From the NCBI GenBank assembly GCA_040384805.1, contig JAZKIP010000008.1, positions 36,749-100,748 of the forward strand: 64,000 nucleotides of DNA, read 5' to 3'. Shown one piece after another: positions 61,844 through 64,000 of this stretch. This DNA is from Patescibacteria group bacterium (GTDB lineage Bacteria; Patescibacteriota; Minisyncoccia; Phycocordibacterales; UBA9973). Numbering within the stretch: the stretch's first letter is position 1; every line of letters starts with the position of its first letter. The notes beneath the pieces were generated by a model that saw only the letters and a program-made list of their open reading frames with translations, made no database searches and was not told the DNA's origin. A program made the translations under genes and the position numbers.

Positions 61844-64000
61844 TTATGCATAATGCGTTGACGCAAGAGAGCGGACAACTCTGTATTTCCTTCTGAAAAC
61901 AAGTTTCGCGCCTTCGATTAAAAGAACGTTAAGAACAAGCCATCCTGCGACGAACCAGAGCCACACAAGAGGAAGAGGCGAAAGCTCGAATAGGTTTCGA
62001 AGAGCCGGAATCGTCATTGTCGCGATCAAGATGATGACTGCAACGACAATGCTCTGATTGAGTTTCTTGTTCGAAAAAACAGGATACGAGAAGAGCGGCT
62101 TATGCAGGCTCCGGAATGAGAATGCGATCACAAGGATATAGGATGCAAAGCAGACGAAGAATATCGATCGGGCGAGATTGACATCGACGCCGTACCGTAT
62201 CAACGCATAGTAGGTGAAAAAGAGTAGAAGGGATGTTGCGACGCCGATCCCGAACGTCAGAACATTCACTTCCTTGGTAAAGATCGACTTGAGGGTATGT
62301 TTCTTCGACATTTCATGGTCAAAGTCCTCGTCATACGCGAACGCGAGAGCGGGCAGGCTTCCGGTGAAAAGATTCACCCAGATGATCTGAAGGGCGGTCA
62401 GTGGAAGTGCCAAGCCCAGAATCAGGCTTCCCCCGACGACGAAAACTTCATCGAGCGAATTGGACATGAGGTACACGAATGTCTTTCTGATATTGACGAG
62501 AATCCGCCGACCTTCCTGGATCGCCATGGCAATAGTCTCGAAATTATCGTCAAGAAGAACCAGATCAGCTACACTCTTGGCCACATCGCTTCCCGATCCG
62601 AGCGCGACGCCGATATCCATCGCTTTGAGGGCCGGGGAATCATTGACCCCATCCCCTGTCATCGCCACCACTTCTCCCAACTTTCGGTACAAGAGGCCGA
62701 TACGGAGCTTGTCCTCCGGAGTCACGCGGACATAGATCTTCTTGTGAGGAATAATTTCGAGGAGCGCCTCGTCGGACAGAGACTGGATCTCGGATCCGGT
62801 TATAACCTCTTTCTCGGATATATTCCAGCCGATCTCCTCTGCAACGGAAAGAGCGGTTCCTTTGAGATCTCCGGTGATCATGACGATCTTGGTGCCGAGA
62901 GATTCGATTTTCCTGATCGCTTCAGGTACTGTCTTGCGTACCGGATCATGGAAAGCAAGCACTCCGACAAATGATATATGGTGCACATCGGAAACTGAGG
63001 AGATTTTCGATGATGATTTCATGGTGCCGAGCGCGATCAAGCGCTTGCCCTCTGTGCTTGATCGGGTGATCCACGATTCTATCTCATCATGTTTTTCCTT
63101 TCCGATATCCGAAAGCGCAAGTAAAATATCGGGCGCTCCCATGATAGTAAATCCCTTGTCAGTGCGCGAGGCGGAAAATTTATGAGTGGAATTGAACGGG
63201 ATGACGATCGACGATGAATCTTTCCGTCCCAGGATCGAGATATCGATGCCGTTATCGCGGGCGGCCCGAACGATATTGACCTCGAATGGTTTGCCCTTGA
63301 AGGTCCATCCTTTTACTTCCTCGTCGGGATTTTCAATAAGCACATCGACGTTTGAAAGGGCTAATTGCAAGAGGTCGCGATCTCCTCGGCCGTATTCCTT
63401 CGCTCCCGTGTCGCCCTTCTCAAGCTCCTCAGCTGTATAGACTCCGACGAGGCGCATGTCGGCTTCGGTCAATGTTCCCGTCTTGTCGGTCATGATAAGA
63501 CTTGTTGATCCCAAAGTCTCAGCAGCAATGAGTGTCCGAGTAACGCCTTTTTTCCGCGCAATACGTTCGGCTCCGATCGAGAGAATGACAGTCAATGCGA
63601 TCGGAAGCGACTCGGGCACGGCGCCGACAGATACAGCAACGGCAAGAACAAGCATATCGAATAATGGCTCTCCGCGCGAAATACCAAGTATGAAAACCCC
63701 GATAACGATGACGATGACTACCGCGAAAATGATCCATGCAAGCCTGCCGAGACCTTTTTGGATCGGCGTTTGAGCGCGGTCCGTATGTGACACAAGCCCT
63801 GCGATCTTTCCTATTTCGGTATTATCGGCAGTTGAAACAACGACAGCGGTCGCAAAGCCGTCAACGACAAGAGTTCCCGCATGAACCATATTGGTGCGTT
63901 CGGCAACGTTCGAAGACGGGGGCAGAATATCGAGCGTTTTCTCTATCGCGCGCGATTCGCCCGTCAGAATGGCCTCGTTGAAGCGGGCATTATTAAGATG
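61844..64000 (-). CDS. Cation-transporting P-type ATPase (type II-like), 5' end outside the window
   Basis: PESLP, DKTGTLT, MITGD and GDGVND motifs; NEAILTGES near the window edge. Confidence 0.93.
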   Translation of the reverse strand, partial: HLNNARFNEAILTGESRAIEKTLDILPPSSNVAERTNMVHAGTLVVDGFATAVVVSTADNTEIGKIAGLVSHTDRAQTPIQKGLGRLAWIIFAVVIVIVIGVFILGISRGEPLFDMLVLAVAVSVGAVPESLPIALTVILSIGAERIARKKGVTRTLIAAETLGSTSLIMTDKTGTLTEADMRLVGVYTAEELEKGDTGAKEYGRGDRDLLQLALSNVDVLIENPDEEVKGWTFKGKPFEVNIVRAARDNGIDISILGRKDSSSIVIPFNSTHKFSASRTDKGFTIMGAPDILLALSDIGKEKHDEIESWITRSSTEGKRLIALGTMKSSSKISSVSDVHHISFVGVLAFHDPVRKTVPEAIRKIESLGTKIVMITGDLKGTALSVAEEIGWNISEKEVITGSEIQSLSDEALLEIIPHKKIYVRVTPEDKLRIGLLYRKLGEVVAMTGDGVNDSPALKAMDIGVALGSGSDVAKSVADLVLLDDNFETIAMAIQEGRRILVNIRKTFVYLMSNSLDEVFVVGGSLILGLALPLTALQIIWVNLFTGSLPALAFAYDEDFDHEMSKKHTLKSIFTKEVNVLTFGIGVATSLLLFFTYYALIRYGVDVNLARSIFFVCFASYILVIAFSFRSLHKPLFSYPVFSNKKLNQSIVVAVIILIATMTIPALRNLFELSPLPLVWLWFVAGWLVLNVLLIEGAKLVFRRKYRVVRSLASTHYA

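Overview
Chromosomal segment of a small-genome bacterium, very probably Patescibacteria/CPR (Parcubacteria-like). This is inferred from the secG-peptide SBP-rnj synteny, the alpha2-type GlyRS, the type-2 IleRS with an inserted domain, a PaaX/Cas2-like orphan and the general lack of Shine-Dalgarno motifs. Genetic code 11. Contents: housekeeping genes (secG, rnj, rpsF-ssb-rpsR, tatD, metG, glyQS, recO, ileS, argS, rarA, mutY); a thymidylate/folate/nucleotide-sanitising cluster (dut, tmk, glyA, thyX, folA, dcd, six NUDIX genes, DUF1599); an ECF-sigma/anti-sigma/MacAB-like exporter operon; a ThDP-enzyme plus aldehyde dehydrogenase pair; and several surface proteins. No CRISPR array, rRNA, tRNA or transposase was found by eye. 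Best leads: (1) a stand-alone, highly structured ~130-nt candidate ncRNA with its own promoter and terminator, back-to-back with a short-stem-I ileS T-box; (2) an ECF promoter motif (YGCACC-N16/17-CGTATA) linking the exporter operon to a remote DUF5666-like gene; (3) pervasive leaderless-type promoters; (4) an intact histidine-phosphatase domain inside IleRS; (5) heptamer repeats inside and around argS; (6) two single-base frameshifts. All family assignments come from motif recognition only; no searches or folding programs were run.
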